Origin: Chloroflexota bacterium | GTDB lineage: Bacteria > Chloroflexota > UBA11872 > UBA12225 > JAJDUF01 | Assembly (NCBI GenBank): GCA_022826725.1 | Contig: JAJDUF010000006.1 | Coordinates: 85,519-149,518, forward strand | DNA length: 64,000 nt | Direction: 5' to 3' | Shown here: piece by piece, positions 1-8,952 of the stretch | Position numbering within the stretch: position 1 is the first letter of the stretch | Layout: each line of letters starts with the position of its first letter | The notes under the pieces: model-generated | What the model saw: only the letters and a program-made list of their open reading frames with translations | What the model was told of the DNA's origin: nothing | Database searches by the model: none | Program-made: the position numbers and the translations under genes

Positions 1-240
1 GAAGAGCAGCCACAGCACCGGCTCATACGCCACCCACGGCTCCCGCACCTCATACGGCAGCAGCGCCGGCAGCGGCAAGGCCAGCCGCAGCCACAGGCCG
101 AGCACCATGAACACCAGCAGCACCACCCCGTTGAAGAACAGGTATCCGCCAGCCAGCGGCGTGCGGAGATGCGCCGCCAGGCTGGCCAGCAGCCCCCCGG
201 CGCTCAACATCACGAGCACATGGAAAAAGCTAAGTGGCAC
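1..240 (-). CDS. Hydrophobic membrane protein, 5' portion only (continues beyond left edge)
   Basis: Absent from the ORF track because there is no stop in the window. The reverse strand reads (GTG at 240) PLSFFHVLVMLSAGGLLASLAAHL...LGLWLRLALPLPALLPYEV...LWLLF. The start is uncertain: GTG 240 has GGAGG only 2 nt upstream, and an ATG at 210 is an alternative. Confidence 0.35.
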   Translation of the reverse strand, partial: MPLSFFHVLVMLSAGGLLASLAAHLRTPLAGGYLFFNGVVLLVFMVLGLWLRLALPLPALLPYEVREPWVAYEPVLWLLF

Positions 241-307
241 TGCCTCCACGAATCACTCCTCACCCGACGAACGGGAGCACAACCAGCAGTATACGCCGCC
301 CCGCCCC

Positions 308-520
308 CGTCATTCCCGCGTGCGCGGGAATCCAACGCCCTCTCCCCCTGGGAGAGGGCCGGGGTGAGGGCAATCACCCCTAATCAGCGGCTGACGCCGC
401 AATCCTGTAGGGGCGTCCCTTGTGGGCGCCCTCGCTCCAACCCACCCCCGTCATTCCGCCGAAAGCCGCTACGCTGACTCCCCCTCTCCACTTGGTGGAG
501 AGGGGGCCGGGGGGTGAGGT
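308..520 (+). repeat. Composite intergenic repeat cluster (modules B-A-C-B-A)
   Basis: B: cgtcattcccgcgtgcgcgggaatcc (308-333). A: gccctctccccctgggagagggccggggtgaggg (337-370). C: ctgtaggggcgtcccttgtgggcgccctcgc (405-435). B variant at 449-478. A: cccctctccacttggtggagagggggccggggggtgaggt (481-520). Confidence 0.9.
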
Positions 521-1325
521 CTGCCCCCCGCACCAACACCGCATCGCCATGCCCGATACCCAAGGCACCGGCTGCGCTCCCCTCGCGCACCGCCAGCTCC
601 AGAAACCCGGCGCTGCCCCAGATCACCAACAGCTCACCGACCCCAGCACCGGCATAGCTCTCGACCGGCCCCGACACGCTATGGCTACCTATGTCCACTC
701 GCAGTGCCCCGCCCGGCACGGATACGTGCTCCCGGCGGATGTTGGTGATGGCGTTCCCGAAGTGGTCCACGTGCAGGATTTCGCCCCGCAGCCAGTCCCC
801 CTCCCACGTCGGCAGCGGCAAGGGCGTGCCCGCCAGCGCGCTGATGGGGCTGCCGAGTTGCTCTAGCCCGACCCCGGCCGCGAGGTGCGCCGCCACCGGC
901 GCCATGATATCGCGCCCGTGAAACGTGTGGCTGACCTCACTCGCCGGCGCCAGCCAATACCGCGGCTCCGTCAGCTGCACCGCTCGCCAGCTATCCCCGG
1001 CCAGCCGTTCCACAATCCAACGCAGCAGCCCGTTATCCGGCCCGACAAACCGGTGCCCGCCGGCCTCTACCGCGATCATGCGCCGGTCCGTGCCCACCCC
1101 GGGGTCCACGACCGCCAGATGCACACTGCCCGCCGGAAAGTACGGACAGGCCACCAGCAGGTGAAATGCGCCGGCCCGGATGTCCTGCGGCGGCACCGCG
1201 TGGGTCAGGTCCACGACCGCAGCCTCCGGACAGATACCGGCGATCACCCCCTTCAGCACGCCCGCGTAGCTATCCCGGCTACCAAAATCGGTCAGCAAGG
1301 TAATCAGCGGCCGTCGCGCTGGCAT
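384..1325 (-). CDS. S-adenosyl-L-methionine hydroxide adenosyltransferase family protein (DUF62, SAM hydrolase/halogenase-like) with a repeat-derived C-terminal tail
   Basis: N-terminus LITLLTDFGSRDSYAGVLKGVI...VVDLTH...HLAVVDPGVGT...GPDNGLL is characteristic of DUF62. The last ~48 aa (ADLTPRPPLHQVERG...GRPQGTPLQ) are translated from repeat modules A, B and C. Confidence 0.8.
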   Translation of the reverse strand: MPARRPLITLLTDFGSRDSYAGVLKGVIAGICPEAAVVDLTHAVPPQDIRAGAFHLLVACPYFPAGSVHLAVVDPGVGTDRRMIAVEAGGHRFVGPDNGLLRWIVERLAGDSWRAVQLTEPRYWLAPASEVSHTFHGRDIMAPVAAHLAAGVGLEQLGSPISALAGTPLPLPTWEGDWLRGEILHVDHFGNAITNIRREHVSVPGGALRVDIGSHSVSGPVESYAGAGVGELLVIWGSAGFLELAVREGSAAGALGIGHGDAVLVRGADLTPRPPLHQVERGSQRSGFRRNDGGGLERGRPQGTPLQDCGVSR

Positions 1326-1332
1326 CGCCCCC

Positions 1333-2172
1333 TCAATCCACGACCTCCACCGGGTAACCGTTGCGCCGCTTGAATCCCACCTCTCCGAACAGCCGGTACA
1401 CCCGTTGCGAGATCACCAGCAGCCGGACGGCAGTCTCTACACCGCCAAAGTATTCGTAGGTGTGGTTGAAATCGGCCGCGCCCAATTCCTGGCGCCGGTA
1501 GGCCAGCAGGGTTTTCGCATCCCACAAGTGATTCGCCACGCACTGGGGGGTCCGGACCGGATTCGGAACGAGCCGGCTCGGGGAGGTGGCTAGCGGGGGT
1601 AGTTCATGGGTCGTAAGCAGCCCGTACCACTGCACCGGCCAGTCCAGCCCCACCGGCACCAACGCCAGGCCCGTGACCTGGGCCTCGCGCAAGGCCTGGG
1701 CCAGCTCCGCGCTGCAGACCAGCGGCCAGTGGTCCACGTTGGCCAACTCGGCGCCCTGCGGTGGCTCCACGATCTGCAGCGACTCGAACTGCCAGTGCGC
1801 CGTCCGGGTGCCGCAGTAACGGCAGACGGTGACATCCTTCCAACGCAGTGTGTCCTCGACCGAGGTCAACACCCGCCCCGGACCCGTGACGAGCAGTTCC
1901 GCCTGGCGCACCTCCGCGGCGGTGTGCTCGCAGCGGACCCAATAGTCAACACTGAGGCCCTGGCGCCGGAGTTGGGCCTGGATCGTCTCCAGCCCCTCCG
2001 GGTAGTAGTCGAATTCGAAACATAGCTGGAGGGGCGGCGGGTCGGGAATGGGCCACGGCTTGATGACTTTGGGGCCGAGGGGACGCAGCGCCGCCACGGC
2101 GAGCTCCGGCCACCCGGGTGGTGCCCCAACCTCGGAATCACCATCGGCGAAGAATTCCACGAATTCGCGCAT
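1333..2172 (-). CDS. Hypothetical protein (279 aa), no family recognised
   Basis: Long ORF ending 8 nt upstream of the DUF62 start. It contains CRYCG and scattered Cys/His residues. Codon usage is consistent with its neighbours. Confidence 0.6.
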   Translation of the reverse strand: MREFVEFFADGDSEVGAPPGWPELAVAALRPLGPKVIKPWPIPDPPPLQLCFEFDYYPEGLETIQAQLRRQGLSVDYWVRCEHTAAEVRQAELLVTGPGRVLTSVEDTLRWKDVTVCRYCGTRTAHWQFESLQIVEPPQGAELANVDHWPLVCSAELAQALREAQVTGLALVPVGLDWPVQWYGLLTTHELPPLATSPSRLVPNPVRTPQCVANHLWDAKTLLAYRRQELGAADFNHTYEYFGGVETAVRLLVISQRVYRLFGEVGFKRRNGYPVEVVD

Positions 2173-2257
2173 CGCCCTGATACCTCCTCCCTCACCCCAC
2201 CAGCCCTCGGCAAGCCAACATCCTAACGCACAAGCCTCCCTGCCGATTTCCTCACCG

Positions 2258-2266
2258 TGCTATACT
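2258..2266 (+). promoter_or_regulatory. Putative extended -10 box (TGcTATACT) giving a leaderless antitoxin mRNA
   Basis: tgctatact ends 6 nt before ATG 2273. No Shine-Dalgarno sequence lies between them. Confidence 0.3.
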
Positions 2267-2272
2267 CACCCC

Positions 2273-2566
2273 ATGCCAAAGGCCAGCGCAGCAGAGGCCA
2301 CCTCCACGACTATCCCCTACGATGAGTTTGCCCGCAATCCCGCGAGCATCCTAGAGCAGCTCACCCCCGATGGCGAGCCGGTCATCGTCGAGCGCAGCGG
2401 CACACGCTATCAGGTCGCAGTCGCACCGCCCGCTCACCGCGCAGACCGGCGGCTCACCAGGGACGACCCGCTCTGGGAGCTTGTCGGCTCCGCGACCGAT
2501 GCGCCGCCTACGGACGCCGCCAAGAAGCACGAGTACCTGGCTGAGGCCTACACCTCCCAGCCGTGA
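2273..2566 (+). CDS. Type II antitoxin (Phd/YefM- or VapB-like)
   Basis: Small acidic protein MPKASAAEATSTTIPYDEFARNPASILEQLTPDGEPVIVERSGTRYQV... Its stop overlaps the GTG start of the PIN toxin (GTGA overlap). The internal ATG at 2273 was chosen over the 2048 ORF start. Confidence 0.7.
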   Translation: MPKASAAEATSTTIPYDEFARNPASILEQLTPDGEPVIVERSGTRYQVAVAPPAHRADRRLTRDDPLWELVGSATDAPPTDAAKKHEYLAEAYTSQP

Positions 2567-3003
2567 GCATCCCAGCGCTCGGCTCCCGACGGGTATTCCT
2601 CGATAGCTCCGGCTTCTTGGCCCTGATCCACCCCCGCGATGCCCATTACCAGGAGGCCCGCACCTGCTGGGCGTGGCTCTCCGACCACCACTGGCTGCCC
2701 ATCACCACCAATCTAATTGTCGCCGAAACACACGCGCTCTTGCTATCCCGCCTCGGTCAGGTCCATGCGACCGCCTTCCTGCGTCAGCTTCCCCAGAGCG
2801 CCACGCGGGTCGAGCGGGTCACGGTCGCTGACGAGCAGCGCGCCCTGGCGATCATCCTCCAGTACGCAGATAAGGGTTTCTCCCTCACGGATGCCACCAG
2901 CTTTGCGGTGATGGAACGCCTAGGGATCACTCACGCCCTGGCGTTTGACCGCCATTTCACCCAGTACGGATTGACCGTACTCACCCCCGCAACACTACCC
3001 TAG
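2563..3003 (+). CDS. vapC: PIN-domain ribonuclease toxin (VapC family)
   Basis: VFLDSSGFLAL...NLIVAETHALL...FSLTDATSFAVMERLGI..ALAFDRHF shows the PIN acidic residues and is translationally coupled to the upstream antitoxin. Confidence 0.8.
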   Translation: MSIPALGSRRVFLDSSGFLALIHPRDAHYQEARTCWAWLSDHHWLPITTNLIVAETHALLLSRLGQVHATAFLRQLPQSATRVERVTVADEQRALAIILQYADKGFSLTDATSFAVMERLGITHALAFDRHFTQYGLTVLTPATLP

Positions 3004-3040
3004 CGCCGACTGGATCGAGCATCCCCACGGCCGCGAGCCA

Positions 3041-4363
3041 CTACCCCACGTAGCTAATCCGGTAGATCGCGTTCGTGCGGTCATCCGTGACGTACAGGCT
3101 GCCGTCGCCACCCACCACCGGCTCGACCGGCCGGCCCCAAGCGTCCGCCGGTCCCCGCGGCCCGGTCAGCCAGCCACGCGCGAAATCCAGCGGTGGCTGC
3201 GCTTGCCCGTTGATAAACCTGATCCGTACCACCTTGTACCCGGTCGCCCGGCTCCGGTTCCACGAGCCGTGGTAGCCCACGAACAGATCGCCCCGGTAGG
3301 CCGCCGGGAACTGCTCCCCGTCGTAGAACGCCAGCCCCAGCGGCGCCGAATGCGCCTGCACCGGCACCGTCGGCGCCGTCAGCTCCGCGCACGACGGGTT
3401 CCGCGCCGGCACCCGGCTATCCACCACCCACGCGCCGTCCCCGCCCTGATAGCAGAAGGGCCAGCCATAGTTCGCGCCCTCCTGCACGGTCGTCACCATG
3501 TCCGGCGGGATGTCGTCGCCGAGCAGGTCCCGCTCGTTCACCACCGTCCACAGTTCGCCCGTCGCCGGATCGAACGTCAGACCAATCGGATTACGCAAGC
3601 CCGTCGCGTACTGCCGCTCGCCCGTCCCGTCCGGCCGGTACTGCATCACCCCGCCGCGCCGCCCGTCCCGCTCGATACACACGTTGCACGTCGAGCCTAA
3701 CGACACGTACAGCATCCCGGCCCCGTCAATCGCCAGCCCCCGATAGTGATGCGGTTGGCACCCCGAATCGGGCAGCCCGTCCACGATCACCTCCGACGCC
3801 CCCACCGCCCACTCGCCCGGCACGTAGGCGTAGCGCACCACCTGCCCGGACAGCGCCACGTACAGCCCGCCCTCGCGGAAGACCATCCCGTAGGGACAGT
3901 CGAGGCCGGACGCCACCGTCTCCACGCTGTCCACCACACCGTCGCCATCGCGGTCGGGCAATGCGACAATTCGCCCCCGTCTCGGCAGCGTGGCGTACAG
4001 GTCCCCGTTCGGCGCCACGGCCATCGTCCGCACCCCCGGCAGGTCGGCCGCAAAGACGCTGATCCGAAATCCTGAGACCACCTGAAGCTCGCGCGACCGC
4101 GCAAACGCCCCCCGCTGAAACTGCACCGGCACCTGAAGCTGCGTAGCCACCAGCGTCCGCGTGTCCACCGAGACCGCCGGTGCGGCCGTTGCCCCCGCCG
4201 TAGCCGTTGCTGCCGGCGCCACAGCAGCAGTCGGCGCCCCCGCCACCTCACCAGCCGCCTGCGTCGCCACCACCCCCGGCGCCGCCGCCTCACCACACCC
4301 GGCGACAGCAACTCCGGCTACCAGCAGCACAACCGACAGCACTAGCGACCGATAAGCACGCAC
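3041..4363 (-). CDS. PQQ-dependent sugar (sorbosone/glucose) dehydrogenase family lipoprotein
   Basis: Lipoprotein signal LLVAGVAVAGC. Beta-propeller motifs are present, including GLRNPIGLTFDP, NERDLLGDD.PPD and GANYGWPFCY. Confidence 0.8.
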   Translation of the reverse strand: MRAYRSLVLSVVLLVAGVAVAGCGEAAAPGVVATQAAGEVAGAPTAAVAPAATATAGATAAPAVSVDTRTLVATQLQVPVQFQRGAFARSRELQVVSGFRISVFAADLPGVRTMAVAPNGDLYATLPRRGRIVALPDRDGDGVVDSVETVASGLDCPYGMVFREGGLYVALSGQVVRYAYVPGEWAVGASEVIVDGLPDSGCQPHHYRGLAIDGAGMLYVSLGSTCNVCIERDGRRGGVMQYRPDGTGERQYATGLRNPIGLTFDPATGELWTVVNERDLLGDDIPPDMVTTVQEGANYGWPFCYQGGDGAWVVDSRVPARNPSCAELTAPTVPVQAHSAPLGLAFYDGEQFPAAYRGDLFVGYHGSWNRSRATGYKVVRIRFINGQAQPPLDFARGWLTGPRGPADAWGRPVEPVVGGDGSLYVTDDRTNAIYRISYVG

Positions 4364-4418
4364 GGATACACCTCTGACTCGTCAGGTCCGCACCACATTC
4401 CGGGTCCGACCGAAATCC

Positions 4419-4570
4419 GCCCCCTCTCTACATGGTGGAGAGGGAGTCGGGGGGTGAGGCCCAGCCGTCCCCCTGCATTGCGGGGGGACCACAGGGGGGC
4501 CAGTATCCTATCCCGGCAATCCACCCCCTCTCTATCGCTCTGCGATGGAGAGGGGGCCAGGGGGTGAGGC
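4419..4570 (+). repeat. Repeat cluster A-E-A
   Basis: A at 4419-4460. E (cgtccccctgcattgcggggggaccacaggggggcc) at 4466-4501. A at 4521-4570. Confidence 0.9.
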
Positions 4571-4584
4571 CAGCCCCCGCTCCC

Positions 4585-4890
4585 CTACTCCCCCAGCCGC
4601 TCCAAGTAGCGCCCGACCTCGTAAGCATCCGTATCAATCAGCAGGTGCCCGTCTATCTCGACCACCGGTGCCAACCACTGCCCCGACTTCTCCACCATTT
4701 CGTCGAAATACCGCGGATTGCTATAAACCTCGCGCTCCTCATACCCGATCCCGCGACTATCCAGCAGACTGAGCACCTCGTAGCACCAGCCACACCCCCG
4801 CTTTGTGTACACGATCACCCGCCCCGGGCCGGTCCGACGCGCCCCACCGCCATCACCCTCGCCGTTGTTTCCCGTCATTGGCCCACTCAT
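4585..4890 (-). CDS. Glutaredoxin-family protein
   Basis: VIVYTKRGCGWCYEVLSLLDSRGIGYEEREV...APVVEIDGHLL shows the CxxC thioredoxin fold with a Gly-rich N-terminal extension. Confidence 0.8.
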   Translation of the reverse strand: MSGPMTGNNGEGDGGGARRTGPGRVIVYTKRGCGWCYEVLSLLDSRGIGYEEREVYSNPRYFDEMVEKSGQWLAPVVEIDGHLLIDTDAYEVGRYLERLGE

Positions 4891-4898
4891 CCGTCCGT

Positions 4899-5489
4899 CT
4901 ACTCAGGTAACGTCAGCCGCCCCAGCGTCGTCACCGCCGCCCCGGCCTCCACCATCTCCGCAATCGCCCGCTCCGCATCCCCCGCCGCCACGTTCACCCC
5001 GCGAATGGCATCGAGCAGCACCGTCGCGCCAAATCCCCCCCGCAGCCCGTCCAGCACCGTCGAGCGCACGCAGTAGTCCGTCGCCAGCCCGCCCACGAAC
5101 AGGTGCTCAACCCCCAGTTCCCGCAGCGCCTCCGCCGCCCCGGCCCCACCCGCAGCATGGCCCTGAAAGACCGAGTAGGCGTCCTCGCCCGGATCATCAC
5201 CCTTCGTCACGATGACCGCACCGTCCGGCAGTTGCAAGTCGGCATGAAACGCTGCCCCCGGCGTGTCCTGCACGCAATGTGCCGGCCAAAGCCCCCCGCC
5301 CGCCTCAAAATGCACCGTCTGTGCGGGATGCCAGTCCCGCGAGGCCAACACCGGCAGCCCGGCCGCCGTGAAGCGCGCAATGTACTCATTCAGTGGCGCC
5401 ACCACCTCGTCGCCGCTCCCCACCGCCAGCGCCCCACCCGGACAGAAGTCGTTCTGAACATCCACCAGCAGCAACGCCCCCGTGCCCAT
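4899..5489 (-). CDS. pncA: Nicotinamidase/pyrazinamidase (isochorismatase family)
   Basis: ALLLVDVQNDFCPGGALAV...SRDWHP..HCVQDTPGA...GLATDYCV. The start was set at MGTGALLLVD (5489). The longer ORF to 5759 runs through repeat modules. Confidence 0.8.
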   Translation of the reverse strand: MGTGALLLVDVQNDFCPGGALAVGSGDEVVAPLNEYIARFTAAGLPVLASRDWHPAQTVHFEAGGGLWPAHCVQDTPGAAFHADLQLPDGAVIVTKGDDPGEDAYSVFQGHAAGGAGAAEALRELGVEHLFVGGLATDYCVRSTVLDGLRGGFGATVLLDAIRGVNVAAGDAERAIAEMVEAGAAVTTLGRLTLPE

Positions 5490-5547
5490 CTCCCGCTCCC
5501 TCACCCACACTCTAGCACACCCCCACCAGGGGCAGGCACCGACCAAG

Positions 5548-6544
5548 CCGTAGGGGCGCAGCCGTACTCCCCCTCTCCAAATGTTGGAGAGGGGGCCGGG
5601 GGGTGAGGCCCGGCCCCTCCATCCTGTGCATCCTGTCCATCCATGTAAATTCCCACCCCGTTGTCTTTCCCCCCCCCCCGCCAATGTGTCCCCCCGACGG
5701 GGATTGGCAGTTGCAAGTCCCTCCTGGAGCACCGGGCACCGCCCGGCAGGGATCCACACGTAACATCATCGTGTTTACCAACGACGGTGGCATTGCCACC
5801 CAGCCGAAGGCACCGGGTGCTGACGTACCCCTGGCCACCACGGCCGAGGCGCCGGGTCAGTACTGTCTGCGTGCCGCCCATCAGGCACCGGGTCATGAGC
5901 GACCCTTCACCGCGTCAACCGGCGCGGCGAAGCATGGCCGTCCGCGTGCCGCCCCGAGGGCACCGGGTACCGACGTACCCCTGGCCACTGTGGCCGGGGC
6001 GCCGGGTCCGTACCGTCCGCGTGCCGTGGCAATCGCCACCGTCGCCTTGCCGGCCGGCGCACACCGGCTGCGCCAGGAGGGCTTGCCCCACACCCCGGCC
6101 AATCCCCGCACCCTAACTTACTCGTGCTCCTACCGCATCGTCTCGTCATTGCAGTGCAAGCCGCAATCATCCTCCCGGCCCGTTGCCGACCACGGCGCGG
6201 ACTCCCCTTCCCTGCCAGGGAAGGGGCCGGGGGTTAGGTCCGCCTCGTTCCCCACTCCACCCCCTCTCCAACATTTGGAGAGGGGGCCGGGGGGTGAGGC
6301 TCGCCCCACCACCCACCAAGCGCATCCTGCCATCCAAGTACCGCCCCACCCGCGGTCTTGCTCCACCGCGCGCACGGGCTTTCCGCTCAACCACCCCGCC
6401 CGCGCCCCGCCGCCGCGTCATTGCGGCACAAGCCGCAATCCAGCCGCACAATTGAATACCGCCGGCGTCCTCCCCGGATCAGTGATACCCGTGACCGCGC
6501 GATACCCCCCTCTCCAAATGTCGGAGAGGGGCCGGGGGTGAGGA
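5548..6544 (+). repeat. About 1-kb non-coding block made almost entirely of repeat modules
   Basis: C-like 5548-5568, A 5569-5609, D 5619-5654, C11 tract 5669-5679, TIR-bounded element 5782-6044, B 6143-6169, A 6202-6240, A 6257-6300, B 6415-6442, A 6505-6544. Confidence 0.85.
5782..6044. repeat. MITE-like element: 18/19-bp terminal inverted repeats enclosing two ~70-bp direct repeats
   Basis: Left end is cgacggtggcattgccac (5782-5799). Right end is gtggcaatcgccaccgtcg (6026-6044), the reverse complement with one indel. Internal units at 5809-5878 and 5958-6026 read ggcaccgggt.c.gacgtacccctggccac..gcc..ggcgccgggtc.gtac.gtc.gcgtgccg. Confidence 0.6.
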
Positions 6545-6564
6545 CCACATGCTACTGACCGCTG

Positions 6565-8661
6565 CTACGGACACAGCGGCGTGAACAGCAAGCGCGGCTG
6601 CCAGTAGGCCAGCGACGGGTCCGTCGGGCCACTTCCCAGGCGCGGTCCGCCACCGGCCGTCTCGTAGCGGCCGACGATGCCGTACAGTGCCACCCATTCC
6701 CGCGCCCGTATCCGGTTGCACCGCCACTCCACTTCCCGCACCGCCAGCAGCTTGAACCGCTGCGGGTCGGTGAGCGCCGCCCGCACCGCCAGCGGCCACC
6801 GCCCGTAGTGGGTGGACGACACGTGCAAATACGACACGTCGAGCCGCTCGATAGCCGCCGCGTCGAGCGTCCCCATCGCCGCCGCGTAGTCGCCGGTATC
6901 GCCGTTGATGAAGTGCGGCGCCAGCGTGGACGGCGCCATCCGCCCGACCAGCGTCGTTACCCACCGCGGATTGTCGCTGAGAATCCGCACCCCCGGCGGC
7001 ACCAGCTCGGCCACCCGCGCCGCCAGCTGCACCTGCGCCGGCCGCTGCGGCGGCGCCGTCGCTTGCAGCCCCTCCGGCGGCCACAGCGAAATCGCAAAGC
7101 TCAGACCCATGTAGGTCGAGCCGAGCACAAAGACGCCCAGCAGCGCATAGGCCAAGCGGTTCCAGCGCAGCCCCTGCGTCAGCTCCACGGCGGTCAGCGC
7201 ACAGAGCACCAGCCACAGAGAGCCAGCCGTCCGGCTGAACGCGGCCATCGCCGCGTCGTCCCGCCCATACTCGAGCACTAGCGGCAGCACAAACCCGACC
7301 ACCGCCGTCGCCAGCAGCCACGTCTTCAACGGCGTCGGCCGTCGCCAGCACCACCACGCCACTACCGGCAGCAGCAGCACCGGCAAGCCAAACTCGGCCA
7401 GCAGCACCTCCCACCACCACTCGCCAGCGAGTTGCCCCGCCTCCCCGGCGACCTCCGGCCATCCCGGCGGGCTACGCCAGCCGAGACTACTGCCGACCGG
7501 CAGACCCCGCGCGCGCAGCAGGAGGTCCGTGATCGCTCCACCGGACACCGAGCCGAACACCAGCGTCGCCAGCACCAGTGCACCATCGCGCCGCACCGCC
7601 CACCAGCCCCCGTTACTGCCTGCCGGCGCCTCTATCCGCCGCAGCCGCCCGACCAGCAGCCGCCCGGCCCGCAGCCCCACCACGCCCGCCGTCCCCGCCA
7701 GCAGCAGCACGAATGCGCTCGTCGCAGCCAACGCCGCCGCCCCGCCGACGAGCACCAGCAGACCGGCCGCCAGCCACCACCCCCGCGGCTCGCGTGCCGA
7801 GTGCTGCACACTGAGCCAGCCGTGGCCATAGGCGATCAGACACACCAGCCCCAGGGCGGCCGGATGCTCGTGGACGATCAGCGCAAAGCTCTTGAACAGC
7901 CTCCCCACGACCAGCGGTTCGGCCTGCATACCGACCAGTGGCCCCTCGGCATGTGTCAGCCAAAAGGGAATCCGCTGGGCAAACCACCCCGGTACCCAGC
8001 CACCACCGAAAAAGACGAAGAACGCTCCCACCACCGCCAGGTTCATCGCGGCCCCGGCGCGCCGCAAGAGCGCCGCTACCCCCCAGAAGACCGCCAGCGC
8101 CACCACCAGCGTAAGCACGTCAATGGACCACCACACCGCCAGCCCGCTGAGGTGGTGGACGGCCGCCGCCAGCAGCGCAAAGCCGTAGTGATATACCGCC
8201 GGCCACGCCGGCCAGAACGGCAGCCGCGGCGGGAAGTTCCTCTCGGCGATGGTCGCGGCCAGCGGCCAATGCTGCAATTCCTCGTTGTATTGCAGTGTCG
8301 CAAAGGCGCCCACCCCCACCGCCGCCGTGACCGCCAGCCCGGCGATCAGCCAGACGAGCACGTCGGCGGCGTCCACCGGCCCGCTGCGCTCCACGTCCGC
8401 CGCCCGGTCAGGCGTAGCCGCCCTCTGCCGGCGCCACCACCAAACGACCGCGGCCAGCACGAGCAGACCGGTACCCAGACCGGCCGCCCACCCGGCCGGG
8501 ACGACGTAGGCCAGCGCGTTTGCCGCGACCAGGCCCAGCGCCAGCCCTGCCGCCGGCGCCACACCCCACACCACATCGGCCGACCCCAAGCGCCAGCCCC
8601 ACCGGGCCGCCGCCCAGCCGACCATGACCAACCCGGCAATCCAGAGCGCCACTACGAGCAT
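6565..8661 (-). CDS. Large polytopic membrane protein with a C-terminal soluble domain (possibly a GT-C-type glycosyltransferase)
   Basis: 698-aa ORF with many hydrophobic helices over roughly the first 500 aa, followed by a soluble tail. No specific motif was recognised, so the function is inferred from architecture only. Confidence 0.55.
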   Translation of the reverse strand: MLVVALWIAGLVMVGWAAARWGWRLGSADVVWGVAPAAGLALGLVAANALAYVVPAGWAAGLGTGLLVLAAVVWWWRRQRAATPDRAADVERSGPVDAADVLVWLIAGLAVTAAVGVGAFATLQYNEELQHWPLAATIAERNFPPRLPFWPAWPAVYHYGFALLAAAVHHLSGLAVWWSIDVLTLVVALAVFWGVAALLRRAGAAMNLAVVGAFFVFFGGGWVPGWFAQRIPFWLTHAEGPLVGMQAEPLVVGRLFKSFALIVHEHPAALGLVCLIAYGHGWLSVQHSAREPRGWWLAAGLLVLVGGAAALAATSAFVLLLAGTAGVVGLRAGRLLVGRLRRIEAPAGSNGGWWAVRRDGALVLATLVFGSVSGGAITDLLLRARGLPVGSSLGWRSPPGWPEVAGEAGQLAGEWWWEVLLAEFGLPVLLLPVVAWWCWRRPTPLKTWLLATAVVGFVLPLVLEYGRDDAAMAAFSRTAGSLWLVLCALTAVELTQGLRWNRLAYALLGVFVLGSTYMGLSFAISLWPPEGLQATAPPQRPAQVQLAARVAELVPPGVRILSDNPRWVTTLVGRMAPSTLAPHFINGDTGDYAAAMGTLDAAAIERLDVSYLHVSSTHYGRWPLAVRAALTDPQRFKLLAVREVEWRCNRIRAREWVALYGIVGRYETAGGGPRLGSGPTDPSLAYWQPRLLFTPLCP

Positions 8662-8813
8662 TCGTCCACCTGGCCGGCCCCAAAGCTACCCGCTCTTATC
8701 GTTTCCAACGTCGTGCAGCATCGGCCGGCCCCTACTCAGGATAGTACCGTTGACCTGCCGGCCCTGCACAATCCGCCGCCCACCGCTGGTGCCCTGGCCG
8801 CTCCCCTGGTCCT

Positions 8814-8943
8814 CCGTCATTCCCGCGCAAGCGGGAATCTACACCCCCTCTCTATCGCTCCGCGATGGAGAGGGGGCCGGGGGGTGAGGCTCGCCTGCCG
8901 AATATCTACCCCCTACCCCCGTGAGAGGGGCCATAGGAAGGCC
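8814..8943 (+). repeat. Repeat cluster B-A plus a degenerate A/E module
   Basis: ccgtcattcccgcgcaagcgggaatc (8814-8839), A at 8841-8890, ctaccccctacccccgtgagaggggccataggaaggcc (8906-8943). Confidence 0.85.
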
Positions 8944-8952
8944 AACGCCCGC

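Noticed and set aside
5603-6541. 312-aa + ORF across the repeat block, plus the N-terminal extensions of ORFs 4899-5759 and 34941-36176
   Set aside because: The translations are concatenated repeat modules (PLQHLERGPGGEA, SLQCKPQS, VIPAYAGIQ and similar). The real genes have sensible internal starts (5489, about 35933).
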